DNA of 64,000 nt. It comes from a virus. The first letter of the stretch is position 1. Every line of letters begins with the position of its first letter. The notes under the pieces were generated by a model. The model did not search any database, had not been told where the DNA came from, and saw only the letters and a list, made by a program, of their open reading frames with translations. The position numbers and the translations under genes are program-made. The stretch is taken from IMG/VR virus record IMGVR_UViG_3300034066_002191; one strand, written 5' to 3'. Below, piece after piece: positions 36,540 to 47,311 of this stretch.

Positions 36540-37346
36540 TCAAGCGTCTGACTTAGATGGTTCGGTAATCCGACCAAGATATGGGTCAAACGAAGTGATT
36601 TGATCTACCGTGAAATCAGCTCCTCTTTGATGCCAAAAATTTCTAATTCCATCATGACTATTACGATGAAAAATATCAATATGATCAGGATGGATTGATG
36701 AACCAAGTTCAATTTTATAGAGAAAAATTGGAGTAGCATAAGTACACCCAGAATTATAAATCAAATCATCGGCTACTGGACGAGGCTTAACTCCGTTATC
36801 AAGTTTATACTTATCCCCACGAATATGATACTTTATAAGTTTTTCTGCATGATGCCTTGTAATGACATAACAAGCAGTTGAGAAGTCATTGACAAATCTT
36901 GTATGAATTGGCACCACAATATCACCAGTACAAATGATGGCAAGTTGAATGACATCCCAACAATACGGAACTCTAGCAATAAAATCAGCCCAAGTAAAAT
37001 TCCAACAATGTGCAAGACTCATATCACAGTCATCTTCCATAATAATCGCATAAGGACTGTCAGAAGTATTATACCAGTGATTAATTGCTTTCAAATGTGA
37101 TGTAACACACCCAATTTCACCAGATGTCATCATATCTGGATACTTACCTTTAATAATGTCACTTAAATCATCATCTCTGCCATCATGCGCAGAGATTCTC
37201 ATATAATTTTCAATTTCCCAGTGTTTGAACTGAGATTCCATGTATTCCCACCTTTCTGGTTGATCGTCCAAATTAATACAGTAAACTGGACCAAAATTTT
37301 TTAGTTTGTGTGTAGATTTATTTTTTTCCATTAGATCCTTATCCAC
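36540..37346 (-). CDS. Glycosyltransferase family 25
   Basis: YCINLD...ER, GEIGC..SH, IMEDD. Confidence 0.85.
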   Translation of the reverse strand: MDKDLMEKNKSTHKLKNFGPVYCINLDDQPERWEYMESQFKHWEIENYMRISAHDGRDDDLSDIIKGKYPDMMTSGEIGCVTSHLKAINHWYNTSDSPYAIIMEDDCDMSLAHCWNFTWADFIARVPYCWDVIQLAIICTGDIVVPIHTRFVNDFSTACYVITRHHAEKLIKYHIRGDKYKLDNGVKPRPVADDLIYNSGCTYATPIFLYKIELGSSIHPDHIDIFHRNSHDGIRNFWHQRGADFTVDQITSFDPYLGRITEPSKSDA

Positions 37347-38137
37347 ATTTCAGGTATTAAATCTTTTGTATTTTTATCAGAGTTACATTCCCCAAACCAT
37401 TTTATTGGTGCAATTACCTTTTCGGAATTTGCCAACCAAGCACCCCACCAAGAAAAAGAGGAATTCGCAATAATATGATATTTACACAAAGTCATAAGAC
37501 ATAAATCAACATAATGATCTCCAGATTCTGATATCATAAATCTATCGGAATTGAATATAGATTGCTCTTTGCACCATGCAATATCATCAGAAAAAATAAT
37601 AACTGGAATACCAGGATCCAAAAGTTCCAGTGCTTTGATGTAATAATCCAAATTCAATGGCGTGTGATTTAGATTGGTCAAGTAATCAGTGCGGCGAATA
37701 TGAAGGCTAACTGCGTCTCCGACTGATTTTATCATATCTTCGCAGGGTTTTAGAATTTCCTTTTTAAATACAAAATCTTCTCTGATTTCTTTTTCTATAT
37801 GTTTAAAGTATTTTTCTGATTGGAAAAATCCAGCAAGAGCAATTTCATCTGGACACATATTAAAAAGAACTTCGTCAAAATGAAAATGTCTTTCTTCTGC
37901 TATTGGGGCATATCCTCTGTCAAGCAACTTAATATTTCTCTGTTGGACATGAAGCATTTCGAATGGATAAAATAATTCTATTTTCATATCAAATCCATAA
38001 GGATCTTTAATTATATGACTATGATTTGGAATACAAAAATCATAGCCACGATTATGAGCAATACCTCTTAATGAAGCATACTGAAACATTTGATTTCCAA
38101 GTCTGCCCAACTGCCCCAAATGATTAAACGCTAACAT
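37331..38137 (-). CDS. GT11 alpha-1,2-fucosyltransferase-like
   Basis: GRLGNQMFQYA, GFFQSEKYF, HIRRTDY, IANSSFSWWGAWL. Confidence 0.92.
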   Translation of the reverse strand: MLAFNHLGQLGRLGNQMFQYASLRGIAHNRGYDFCIPNHSHIIKDPYGFDMKIELFYPFEMLHVQQRNIKLLDRGYAPIAEERHFHFDEVLFNMCPDEIALAGFFQSEKYFKHIEKEIREDFVFKKEILKPCEDMIKSVGDAVSLHIRRTDYLTNLNHTPLNLDYYIKALELLDPGIPVIIFSDDIAWCKEQSIFNSDRFMISESGDHYVDLCLMTLCKYHIIANSSFSWWGAWLANSEKVIAPIKWFGECNSDKNTKDLIPEMWIRI

Positions 38138-38951
38138 TCAATTGGCTCCTTCTTTCTTTGATATAATTCTGCGACTCATAATATCTTGTTATTGTATCTC
38201 TATCCCATGTTCTGATGTTTTGCCAAAGATTGTGATTGTCCATAAACTTTGGATTATGGTAATGGGAATTAAAGGTCCTGGAATGTTCCAAGTGATACAC
38301 AATGTCATTTACTCTACCGACCTTATATCCGAGTGCCTGAAGTCGATAATAATATTCACAATCTTCTGCTCCCCAAGAAATAAAATTTTCATTCCACATA
38401 TAAGAATCAATATAAACTTGGCGTCTAATCATCTGGCCCCATCCCATAACAGATGGCTGGAGCTTTGATGTCGAATTCAATGCTCTCAGATCAAATCCAG
38501 ATTCAATAAAAGACTCAAATGATGAAATTGGATAATCTACTGCATATTGATATACTCCACATCCATAAGGATAAACAGCATCAAATGCACCACTAGAAAT
38601 CATTTCATATGCATTAACATAACTTGCAGTGGGATAAACAACATCAACATCATAATTATAGACAATCTCAGTATCAGATACCATCAGAAGATCATTGAGA
38701 ATCTTAGTCTTATGAAAAAACTGATCGTCGGATTTCTCAAATATATGAGCCAAATTATCAGGAGATTTACCAAAAATATTTTTAATTACTGGGATAGCAC
38801 TGGAAGAAAATACAGATTCTTTGTCTACTTCTTTTACAATTATTTTACTTTGAGGAAAGTGGTGCGTAATATAAGAAACTGAAGTAATTATATTTCTTAG
38901 TCTATCTTCACTCTCGATTCTACATGGCATTAAAAATGTAAGACTATTCAT
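38124..38951 (-). CDS. GT-A fold glycosyltransferase (GT2/GT7-like)
   Basis: YDVD, NENFISWGAED, YHLEH. Confidence 0.8.
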   Translation of the reverse strand: MNSLTFLMPCRIESEDRLRNIITSVSYITHHFPQSKIIVKEVDKESVFSSSAIPVIKNIFGKSPDNLAHIFEKSDDQFFHKTKILNDLLMVSDTEIVYNYDVDVVYPTASYVNAYEMISSGAFDAVYPYGCGVYQYAVDYPISSFESFIESGFDLRALNSTSKLQPSVMGWGQMIRRQVYIDSYMWNENFISWGAEDCEYYYRLQALGYKVGRVNDIVYHLEHSRTFNSHYHNPKFMDNHNLWQNIRTWDRDTITRYYESQNYIKERRSQLNVSV

Positions 38952-39795
38952 AACTCACCTCAACCCAACTATCCAAAAGAAGATCGTCCATATTATAATG
39001 ACTATACATAGATCCAAACCAAGGTTTAGGAGCAACAATAGGTTGTGTTGGATTCCCAATCAACCAAGCACCCCACCAGCTCATTGTGCTGTTGGCAATA
39101 ATTCCTCCGGTGCAAAGAGACATCATACATAAATCAAAATAAGGAATTAGTGCTTTTTGTCTTCCCTGAAGAGTGTCACAAGTTTGTGGGTACCTTTCTG
39201 TATATTCAGAAAGCATAAACCTATCATCCTGGAACAATTCTTGTTCTCTGCACCAATCAATATCGTCAGAAAATACAAGCACTAGAGAATTTGCATCAAA
39301 ATGCTCTAGTGCTTTTTCATAATAAGAGATCGGACAAGCTGGATGCGCCTCTGGTTTAACCAAATAATCTCCTCGTCGCACATGAAGAAAGATTGGGTCA
39401 GAAAGATCATCTACTATTTCTCTACAAGGATTTAAAATAACATCCTTAAAAGTATAATCTCCACGAATAATATCTTTTACATTTGAAAAATATTTTTCTG
39501 AGGTAAAGTAATCATGAAGATTAACATTGTCTGGACAACTATCAAAAAATTCCTGGACGAAATGGAATTCCCCTGTGGAAATACTTTGTGTATTTAATAT
39601 TCCAAAGTTACTTTCGACTACAGACTCCATTGTAAAGCAGTCAAACAATCCGTAGTTTGAGTCTCCGTAGCTATTTGGTGAAGGAATTGTCCAATCAAAT
39701 CCACGATTTGCTGCAATACCACGAAGTGCAGCATACTGAAACATTTGATTTCCCAAACGCCCATTTGATCCTAGATGATTATAACTTATCGTCAT
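38944..39795 (-). CDS. GT11 alpha-1,2-fucosyltransferase-like (second paralog)
   Basis: GRLGNQMFQYA, HVRRGDY, IANSTMSWWGAWL. Confidence 0.92.
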   Translation of the reverse strand: MTISYNHLGSNGRLGNQMFQYAALRGIAANRGFDWTIPSPNSYGDSNYGLFDCFTMESVVESNFGILNTQSISTGEFHFVQEFFDSCPDNVNLHDYFTSEKYFSNVKDIIRGDYTFKDVILNPCREIVDDLSDPIFLHVRRGDYLVKPEAHPACPISYYEKALEHFDANSLVLVFSDDIDWCREQELFQDDRFMLSEYTERYPQTCDTLQGRQKALIPYFDLCMMSLCTGGIIANSTMSWWGAWLIGNPTQPIVAPKPWFGSMYSHYNMDDLLLDSWVEVSYE

Positions 39796-40613
39796 TATTT
39801 TTCCAAGTAAGTTTTATAAATGTAATCTTCATTGATAAGAAAGTTCTCAACAATTTCTAGATTTTCTTTTACCGCATCAAGTTTATCATAGTATAGTTCC
39901 TCTGTCAACTGAGAAAGATCAAAGTCATCAGTGAGTATGATGATGCCTTTTGGATTGAAAAACTTTCCAATATCGGGAGAACCATAATAAATTGGAATGG
40001 TTCCAGTAGCAAAACAATCTTGAATCTTTTCTGTAAAATAAGATTCATAAGAAGCATTTTCAATGGCCACAGAAAACATATAATCTACTAGACCTTCTTC
40101 TTTAGATTCAATTTCATTGAATCCCCTACCATAAAAATCAACTTTACCTTGAAGTTTTTGTGCCCAAGTCAGACGATGTTGATGTCCCTCACATATTACC
40201 TTATTAGAGCAAATCATGGAGACTAATTTAGTTTTATCATAGAGTTTTGGTTCGGTGATCCAACTTCCATACAAAGGAGCAAACTTAAATTTAGAATGCA
40301 ATTTAAGTAAATCTTTATGATGCGTAAAAATTGCATCATAAACTCGAACATAATAGAGGTAATTTCTCTTCACATCTTCAATGACCTCTGGACAAATATT
40401 TGCAGATTCTAATAACCAGGCATATTTCTTTTTGCTGTGCGTGTCATCAAAAGCAAGACTAATGTAGCGGTCTATATAAAAAGTTTCTTCTGCTCCAGAA
40501 TCAACCCACTTTATGAACTTTGATTCTTGTCTATGAATAGATGATGCTTTGTTGTTATTGTCGTAGTTGTTAAACCCACCACCAACTAAATTATATTTCT
40601 TTTTAATAGTCAT
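39795..40613 (-). CDS. GT10-like fucosyltransferase
   Basis: YMFSVAIEN.....YFTEKIQD.F.TGTIPIYYG. Confidence 0.8.
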   Translation of the reverse strand: MTIKKKYNLVGGGFNNYDNNNKASSIHRQESKFIKWVDSGAEETFYIDRYISLAFDDTHSKKKYAWLLESANICPEVIEDVKRNYLYYVRVYDAIFTHHKDLLKLHSKFKFAPLYGSWITEPKLYDKTKLVSMICSNKVICEGHQHRLTWAQKLQGKVDFYGRGFNEIESKEEGLVDYMFSVAIENASYESYFTEKIQDCFATGTIPIYYGSPDIGKFFNPKGIIILTDDFDLSQLTEELYYDKLDAVKENLEIVENFLINEDYIYKTYLEK

Positions 40614-40639
40614 ACATAAGATAATAAATTACAAATTTT

Positions 40640-41323
40640 ATGAAAGTCATTTCTTTTTCGTTATATGGAGATAATCCAAAATACACAATTGGTGCAATAA
40701 AAAATTCCAAACTGAGAGAAAAGTTTTATCCAGATTGGCAAATGAGAGTATATCACAACGACTCTGTGCCCAATTATATATTAGAAGAATTAGGTGCCAA
40801 TAATGTCGTTTTGATCAATACCAAAATAGATCAAGGAGTCTGCAATGCAATGTGGCGCTTTGCTCCTGCATCAGAAGAAGGAGTAGAATGTTTTATTTCG
40901 AGAGATTGTGATTCTCGTTTATTTGAGAGGGATGTTGCTGCTGTAGAAGAATGGCTAGAATCAGATAAAAAGTTTCACATCATTCGAGATCATCCTGGTG
41001 GACATGCCTGGGAAATCAGTGCTGGTATGTGGGGATGTAGAAATAAGTTTATAGAAAACATCCAAGAGAAAATAGAGCAATATATCCAAACAAGTTCTTG
41101 GGTTACCGATAGGGCAGTAGACCAAAGATTTCTACAAGAGATAATTTATCCTCAAGCAATTACAAGTTTATTTCTCCACGACGAATACTTTAATTATGAG
41201 GAAATTGGCACTCCAATCAAAAGAGACCGTAAGTTAGATAACTTTGCCTTTATTGGAGAACCATTTGACGAAGATGATAATCAATTAGAAAATCATCGTG
41301 ACATGATTATTCAAAGATATTGA
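40640..41323 (+). CDS. Conserved glycan-cluster protein of unknown function
   Basis: KVISFSLYG..PKY..GAI.N, MWRF, SRDCDSR, HIIRDHP, AGMWG, DQ.FL. Confidence 0.7.
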   Translation: MKVISFSLYGDNPKYTIGAIKNSKLREKFYPDWQMRVYHNDSVPNYILEELGANNVVLINTKIDQGVCNAMWRFAPASEEGVECFISRDCDSRLFERDVAAVEEWLESDKKFHIIRDHPGGHAWEISAGMWGCRNKFIENIQEKIEQYIQTSSWVTDRAVDQRFLQEIIYPQAITSLFLHDEYFNYEEIGTPIKRDRKLDNFAFIGEPFDEDDNQLENHRDMIIQRY

Positions 41324-42018
41324 AGACTTTCTGGGAGAATCTTTTGTCTATAAAGTGAAAGATTTTTCTCATACAACATTTTATCAGATTGATAAGGAAT
41401 AGCAACTTTATTTGCTGGCAAAGAACAAACCTTAATATGCCGTAAATCTTTGACCGTATATCCAAAAGAATATGCACGATAGGACATATCACCATCAGCA
41501 TAATAATATTGGTACTCTGGATTATACATTCCAATTTCTCTGAATATCTTCTTACGATATAATCCATAATTCATCACAATTTCTCCACCAGAATCAGCAA
41601 CATTACATAAACACCATCCAGATGTATGATCTACACCATCCAACCAATCTGGATTTTTAGTTTCATTAAAAGATCCATACTTCCAATTAAAAAGATAAAA
41701 GTCGTGGTTTGATTGTGTTTCAATGACTACTTTTGACCAATCATTACATAAAATCACATCATCGTTCCACTGACATACTATTTCATGAGTTGACTCACGA
41801 ATGCCAATATTCATAAAATGTGGATAAGAACTTCTACCACCAATCTCAATCAATTTGATTTGAGGATGATTGAGTTGTTTAATATAATCTACTGTTCCAT
41901 CAGTGCTTCCGCCATCAACCAACACAAGTTCTAGTCTTTTATCAGAGAGAACTGTATTTGCAATTAGGTCAGGAAGCATCCTTACACGATTTAATGTGCC
42001 AGTTACGATACTAATCAT
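41311..42018 (-). CDS. Glycosyltransferase family 2
   Basis: ISIV, LVDGGSTDGT, WNDD, YYADGD. Confidence 0.85.
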   Translation of the reverse strand: MISIVTGTLNRVRMLPDLIANTVLSDKRLELVLVDGGSTDGTVDYIKQLNHPQIKLIEIGGRSSYPHFMNIGIRESTHEIVCQWNDDVILCNDWSKVVIETQSNHDFYLFNWKYGSFNETKNPDWLDGVDHTSGWCLCNVADSGGEIVMNYGLYRKKIFREIGMYNPEYQYYYADGDMSYRAYSFGYTVKDLRHIKVCSLPANKVAIPYQSDKMLYEKNLSLYRQKILPESLQYL

Positions 42019-42788
42019 CTGTTTAAGTAATCTACGAATTCAAAATCATTTATTCCAATTATTAATGCAAGCAAACTAACATTTGAAAAACTGTACAAAA
42101 AGTGACTGCACTTTGAAAGCAAGTAAACGCTAGATAATACTTCCTCATTTACTTGAGAGCGATTTAAGCAATTGTGATGGATTGATTGAGACCCACTACT
42201 AATTTGAAGCGTGTTATCATAAATGATTCTACTACCATATCTATCCAACAAATACTCCAAGTAATATTTGTCGTCTGTTGCAACAAATATTTTTTCTCTG
42301 TCATTGGAATCAATTAGTTCAAAGACCGTTTCAATTTCTATTTCAGGAAGTTCTTCTTTTTTGTCAGTGCCTCTTATTTGAACCCCAAGTGTATCTCCAT
42401 CAATCCCCAATTTAACTCTCTTATTTTCAAATTTCTCTACATACTCATCTTTAATCCTAAGAATATTATTATAAACTTTATTCTTAACTTTTAAATTGTC
42501 TATATTTGCCGGAGTATGGGCATTATATTGTCCTTGATAGATTTGATTCGAAAAATATCTTTCCAACCACCATGACCCGACATTATAAAATTTATTCGAT
42601 TTTGGAGAAATGTTATCGAATAAATTCAATGTTTGACTTTCCACTACTTCGATATTAAAATTATCATTCACAATATAATGCTCCAAAGCCATATCAACAA
42701 TTCCACAAACAATAGAACAAAATCCCTTGTATGGGTAGTTAAATCTAGGATCAGAATATGATATGTAACCAGTTTCAGTCAATTCCAA
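42015..42788 (-). CDS. NodZ/GT23-like fucosyltransferase
   Basis: LGVQIRGTDK, IFVATDD, LLSKC......SNV. Confidence 0.75.
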   Translation of the reverse strand: MELTETGYISYSDPRFNYPYKGFCSIVCGIVDMALEHYIVNDNFNIEVVESQTLNLFDNISPKSNKFYNVGSWWLERYFSNQIYQGQYNAHTPANIDNLKVKNKVYNNILRIKDEYVEKFENKRVKLGIDGDTLGVQIRGTDKKEELPEIEIETVFELIDSNDREKIFVATDDKYYLEYLLDRYGSRIIYDNTLQISSGSQSIHHNCLNRSQVNEEVLSSVYLLSKCSHFLYSFSNVSLLALIIGINDFEFVDYLNR

Positions 42789-43476
42789 TTACCTCATTAA
42801 GACCTTTGGAATGAATTGATTCTGGATAATTTCTAACATAATTATGCCTATAGATTTTTGGTTTTTCCATCTTATAAGAATTAACCATATCCAAAAACCC
42901 AGTTTGCATCATGTGGATTTCTTCGGCATTTTCAAGTAGTTTAATATAATCAAACATCTTAAATTGGTAATCATTACGAATGATCTTATGTTCATCAGTA
43001 ACTTTATCCATATCGATATTATATCCTCTTTTTAGATCATCCAAAACAAAGATATAATTTTCACCATTAGGGTTTAAAGCCCTACAAACTTCATCTTCCT
43101 TTTCTAAATCTCTTTCAAAATAAAACTCATCAAATCTAATTTGAAAATCAAGACCAGCAAGATGATAAAATGCCTCATCAAAAGTCATTTTTCCCAAACA
43201 GCCATCAAGATTTTCAAATCCAGGTTTGATGAGATTATTTTTGACCGTACTATTGTTTTCGACAAACCTTATAGCATCCTCCTCAACATCAAAATTAAAA
43301 ATTTCTAGATTACTTAGGTCACGATACATATAACTCACATTATCGTAATAATGAGTATAACAAAAAAGTACTACATTATCATATTTTTTACAAAAATGGC
43401 GAACCATACCATTACAAATGATATGGTCACCAAGACCCAAGTGATGATGAATATACTTGAGCGACATATCACTCAA
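42775..43476 (-). CDS. Glycan-cluster hypothetical protein (GT-B-like)
   Basis: HHLGLGDHIICNG N-terminal motif. Confidence 0.55.
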   Translation of the reverse strand: MSDMSLKYIHHHLGLGDHIICNGMVRHFCKKYDNVVLFCYTHYYDNVSYMYRDLSNLEIFNFDVEEDAIRFVENNSTVKNNLIKPGFENLDGCLGKMTFDEAFYHLAGLDFQIRFDEFYFERDLEKEDEVCRALNPNGENYIFVLDDLKRGYNIDMDKVTDEHKIIRNDYQFKMFDYIKLLENAEEIHMMQTGFLDMVNSYKMEKPKIYRHNYVRNYPESIHSKGLNEVIGID

Positions 43477-43813
43477 CTCCCTTATATAGTTTTACAGAGT
43501 CCTCACGGAGAATTCTTCCCGTTGCGATAGCATCATCCACAAGAAGATTAACTGCTTGCACAAGACGAGGACGCTTTACTTTAAAGCAAATATCAATCTT
43601 ACGCTTCAATTCGGCAATTTCAGTGTCAGTCTTTGCTTCTTGAATTGCATCTTCCAGCATCCACATACGAGTATGAAGAATTGAAAGTTTCTCAATCACT
43701 TCACCAAGATTATCTGTTTCGATGTATTCAACATTAGGAAGTTCTTTGCGCGAAAGAACCTCATCAATTGTTTCTTTGATACATTCATCAATTAAATCGC
43801 CAAACTTACTCAT
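43469..43813 (-). CDS. Small helical protein (DUF4254-like)
   Basis: GEVIEKLSIL..RMW.LED.......ID.....R. Confidence 0.5.
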   Translation of the reverse strand: MSKFGDLIDECIKETIDEVLSRKELPNVEYIETDNLGEVIEKLSILHTRMWMLEDAIQEAKTDTEIAELKRKIDICFKVKRPRLVQAVNLLVDDAIATGRILREDSVKLYKGVE

Positions 43814-44982
43814 AATTCTCCCAACATAGTTTCTAGTAAATTCATATCTTTGTTTGAAACAAATTGATTGTTTCCGATGTAGACTCCATTTTCATGTATG
43901 ATATCTACATTTAAATTTTCGGTTTTACCACTAATACCATAAACATTAAGATATGGTTGTCTTAATAGATTACCACCAACAACAGGTCGGTATTCGATCT
44001 TATATTCGTTCAATAAAGAAATAAGTTTAGACTTGATTTCCTTTGTTTTACAAATGAAAGGGAAACAAAAACAACTGTTTCCTTCATTATACACTATTGG
44101 GTAGAAATTGTCTTTATTTTTCGGAGAAGACATGATTTCTATAAACCGATAATAAGTCTTATCTCTATTTTCAATGAACTTATCCAGTCTCTTAAGTTGA
44201 GATAACCCTAAAACTGCACCAAACTCAGTATTTCTAAAGTTATATCCATCGCTCACAAATAGAAAAGACTTTTCTATTTCAGGATTCCGATTTTGATAGT
44301 ATTTGAATTGTTCAGAAACTCTTGCAAGACCATGAGATCTCTTCATTTTCATCAAGTCATATAATTCCCAACTATTAGTAGAAATCATACCACCTTCTAC
44401 TGTAGACATATGATGCCCAAAGTAAAAACTAAAAGTAGCACCAAGACTAGTTTTACCTATCTTATTTCCACTTTTATCGAGGCATCCATGCGATTCACAA
44501 ACATCATCTATGAACAACGCATCAGGAAATACTTTACGATACTCTTCAATTTCAGCAGGGATACCTAATAAATGAGTCACAAATACTAGTTTGATATCAG
44601 GGTGGATCTCGGCAATAGTTTTAAGATTATCCAAATCAAAACTATAATTTTCAAGATTCACATCACAGAAAATTGGTGTAAGTCCTAGTTGAATGATCGG
44701 ATTAATATTTGTAACCCAAGTACAGGAAGGGACTAATACTTTATCGCCTTTCTTTAGTCCATAATTTTCTATAATAGAAGAAACTAATAAAAAGTTTGCA
44801 GTACTTCCTGAAGTTACAAACAAAGAATATCTACATCCCAACCATTTAGACCACTCTTTTTCAAATCGCTCAACATTTTTACCTTGAGTAAATTTGTCGG
44901 AAGTTAAAACAAATTTAGCAAGTTGAAATCTATCCCACAAAGAGATAGAGTTTTTCATAAGTGGCCACTTATAGTCGGACAT
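43810..44982 (-). CDS. DegT-family PLP enzyme, ColD-like GDP-4-keto-6-deoxymannose 3-dehydratase
   Basis: SGSTAN, DD.CESHG, SFYFGHHMSTVEGG (His where aminotransferases have Lys), GYNFR. Confidence 0.75.
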   Translation of the reverse strand: MSDYKWPLMKNSISLWDRFQLAKFVLTSDKFTQGKNVERFEKEWSKWLGCRYSLFVTSGSTANFLLVSSIIENYGLKKGDKVLVPSCTWVTNINPIIQLGLTPIFCDVNLENYSFDLDNLKTIAEIHPDIKLVFVTHLLGIPAEIEEYRKVFPDALFIDDVCESHGCLDKSGNKIGKTSLGATFSFYFGHHMSTVEGGMISTNSWELYDLMKMKRSHGLARVSEQFKYYQNRNPEIEKSFLFVSDGYNFRNTEFGAVLGLSQLKRLDKFIENRDKTYYRFIEIMSSPKNKDNFYPIVYNEGNSCFCFPFICKTKEIKSKLISLLNEYKIEYRPVVGGNLLRQPYLNVYGISGKTENLNVDIIHENGVYIGNNQFVSNKDMNLLETMLGEL

Positions 44983-45913
44983 AATTACTCCTATTTTTTA
45001 GGAACCAATCAATTGTAATCTTCAAACCATCTTCAAGTGAGGTTTTTGATTTCCACCCTAGAGAACTCATCTTCGATGTATCAAGTGCTCTACGAGGAGT
45101 ACCATTTGGCTTACTGGTATCCCAGATTAACTCACCATCATACCCAACAAGTCTTGCAACGATCTCAGATAGTTCCTTAATACTTACTTCTCTCTCAGGT
45201 CCAATATTAATAATTTCTGGGTCTTCGTAATTATCCATCAGAAAAACAAGACCATCTGCAAGATCATCAGAGAAAAGAAACTCTCTAGTCGGACTACCAT
45301 CACCAAAGCAGACAACATTCTCATTTCCAGAGTCTTTTGCTGTAACAAACTTATTAATAAAACTTGGAATTACATGACACTGTTCAATGATAAAATTGTC
45401 ATTGATACCGTAAAGATTATTGGGCATAACAGATACAGTGGAAAATCCATACTGATCTGTATATTTTTTACACATCATATACCCAGCAATTTTTGCTAGT
45501 GAATATGCAATGTTTGTTTCTTCGAGAGGTCCAGTCATCAAATATTCTTCTCTGATTGGAACTGGAGCATGTTTAGGATAAATGCAAGCAGATCCCAAAA
45601 ATAGCAGCTTTTTGCAGCCATTACGATATGCAGCATCAATTACATTTGTTTGTATCTGCAAATTTTCTCGAATAAAATCGGCAGGAATCGCTTTATTGTA
45701 ACCAATGCCACCTACCTTTGCTGCGCCCAAAAAAACATAATCTGGTCTTTCTTCAGCAAAAAAATCATCAACATCTTTCTGAATTCTTAAATCTAATTGT
45801 GCCCTAGAACGAGTCAAAAGATTTGTATGTCCATTAGATAATAGTTGTCTCGAAATTGCAGATCCTACAAGACCTCTATGCCCTGCAATAAAAATTTTAG
45901 AATCAATTTCCAT
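44969..45913 (-). CDS. fcl: GDP-L-fucose synthase / ColC-like epimerase-reductase
   Basis: [35 protein letters not shown]. Confidence 0.9.
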   Translation of the reverse strand: MEIDSKIFIAGHRGLVGSAISRQLLSNGHTNLLTRSRAQLDLRIQKDVDDFFAEERPDYVFLGAAKVGGIGYNKAIPADFIRENLQIQTNVIDAAYRNGCKKLLFLGSACIYPKHAPVPIREEYLMTGPLEETNIAYSLAKIAGYMMCKKYTDQYGFSTVSVMPNNLYGINDNFIIEQCHVIPSFINKFVTAKDSGNENVVCFGDGSPTREFLFSDDLADGLVFLMDNYEDPEIINIGPEREVSIKELSEIVARLVGYDGELIWDTSKPNGTPRRALDTSKMSSLGWKSKTSLEDGLKITIDWFLKNRSNYVRL

Positions 45914-46910
45914 TAATACACATATCCTCAACTAATTGTTTAAAAGAAGTTTTAGGTTTCCAACCTAGAACTTCTTTTGCTTTCGTAGCATCACCTAATA
46001 AAGTCTCTACTTCAGCAGGTCGAAAATATTTAGGATTGACTGCGATAACCATATTACCACTATTCGTGTCATATCCTACTTCATCAAGACCTTCTCCATA
46101 CCAAGCAATCTTCATGTTAAAATAAGGTGCTGCCTCTTCGACAAATTGCCTAACTGAATATTGTTCTCCGGTAGCAATTACATAATCATCTGGTGTATCC
46201 TGTTGGAGCATTAGCCACATTGCCTCTACAAAGTCTTTAGCATGTCCCCAATCGCGCTTAGCATTTAAATTCCCGAGATGAAGTATATCTTGCTTCCCAG
46301 TTGAAATGCGTGATAATCCTCTAGTGATTTTTCTTGTGACAAAAGTTTCTCCTCTTCTAGGGGATTCGTGATTGAAAAGAATTCCAGAATTTGCGTGTAA
46401 TCCATATGATTCTCGGTAGTTCTTGACGATCCAGTATCCATAAAGTTTTGCGACTCCATACGGCGAACGAGGGTAAAATGGTGTTGTTTCTTTTTGTGGT
46501 ATTTCTTGAACTAATCCATATAGTTCTGATGTAGATGCTTGGTAAATTCTTGTTTTCTTTTCCATTCCAAGGAGACGGACAGCTTCAAGGATACGAAGTG
46601 TTCCTAACCCATCTACCATGCCTGTGTATTCTGGCATTTCAAAAGACACCTTTACATGACTTTGGGCACCCAAGTTATAAATTTCATCAGGCTGTACATT
46701 TTGTATGATTCTCACAAGATTGGTAGAATCAGTAAGGTCACCATAATGGAGAGTAATAGAACCATAGATATGATCAATACGGTGAGTATTAATAAGGGAT
46801 GCTCGTCGGACAATGCCATGAACTTCATAACCTTTTTCAAGTAGTAATTCTGCGAGATACGACCCATCTTGACCTGTGATTCCAGTACAGAGAGCAATTT
46901 TTTTAGTCAT
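45903..46910 (-). CDS. gmd: GDP-mannose 4,6-dehydratase
   Basis: [46 protein letters not shown]. Confidence 0.96.
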   Translation of the reverse strand: MTKKIALCTGITGQDGSYLAELLLEKGYEVHGIVRRASLINTHRIDHIYGSITLHYGDLTDSTNLVRIIQNVQPDEIYNLGAQSHVKVSFEMPEYTGMVDGLGTLRILEAVRLLGMEKKTRIYQASTSELYGLVQEIPQKETTPFYPRSPYGVAKLYGYWIVKNYRESYGLHANSGILFNHESPRRGETFVTRKITRGLSRISTGKQDILHLGNLNAKRDWGHAKDFVEAMWLMLQQDTPDDYVIATGEQYSVRQFVEEAAPYFNMKIAWYGEGLDEVGYDTNSGNMVIAVNPKYFRPAEVETLLGDATKAKEVLGWKPKTSFKQLVEDMCINGN

Positions 46911-46969
46911 TTAATATAAAACCTCAGTAATGTCTAAATGCATATGTTGTTGTTTTTTTGTTTGCATTC

Positions 46970-47311
46970 CTATGTCCTTCCATATGCGTCTTCAATCCTA
47001 ACAATGTCTTCTTCATTGCATATTTTTCCAAGTTGGACTTCTACAATCATTATACCATCATTTCCACCAGAAATGCGATGTTTGGTTAAAACTGGAATAA
47101 AAACATAATCTCCAACTTTTATATTTTTAGTTTCTTCGTTTAATTCTAGTTTACCACCACCAGAAACTACAACCCAGTGCTCATCTCTTTGATTATGATA
47201 TTGCAAAGATATTTTTTGATTTGGATAGATATAGAGTCTTTTTACCTTGTATTCTTCGTTTTCTTTTAGATTTTCATACCAACCCCAAGGTCTATCAAAT
47301 CTATCTGTCAT
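46970..47311 (-). CDS. Cupin, type II mannose-6-phosphate isomerase domain
   Basis: RPWGWY, SLQYH..R.EHW.VV.G, EVQLG...EEDIVRIED.YGR. Confidence 0.9.
   Translation of the reverse strand: MTDRFDRPWGWYENLKENEEYKVKRLYIYPNQKISLQYHNQRDEHWVVVSGGGKLELNEETKNIKVGDYVFIPVLTKHRISGGNDGIMIVEVQLGKICNEEDIVRIEDAYGRT

Noticed and set aside
36446-36589. N-terminal extension of the porin given in the ORF track
   Set aside because: It spans the promoter and the upstream gene; the signal peptide starts at ATG 36445
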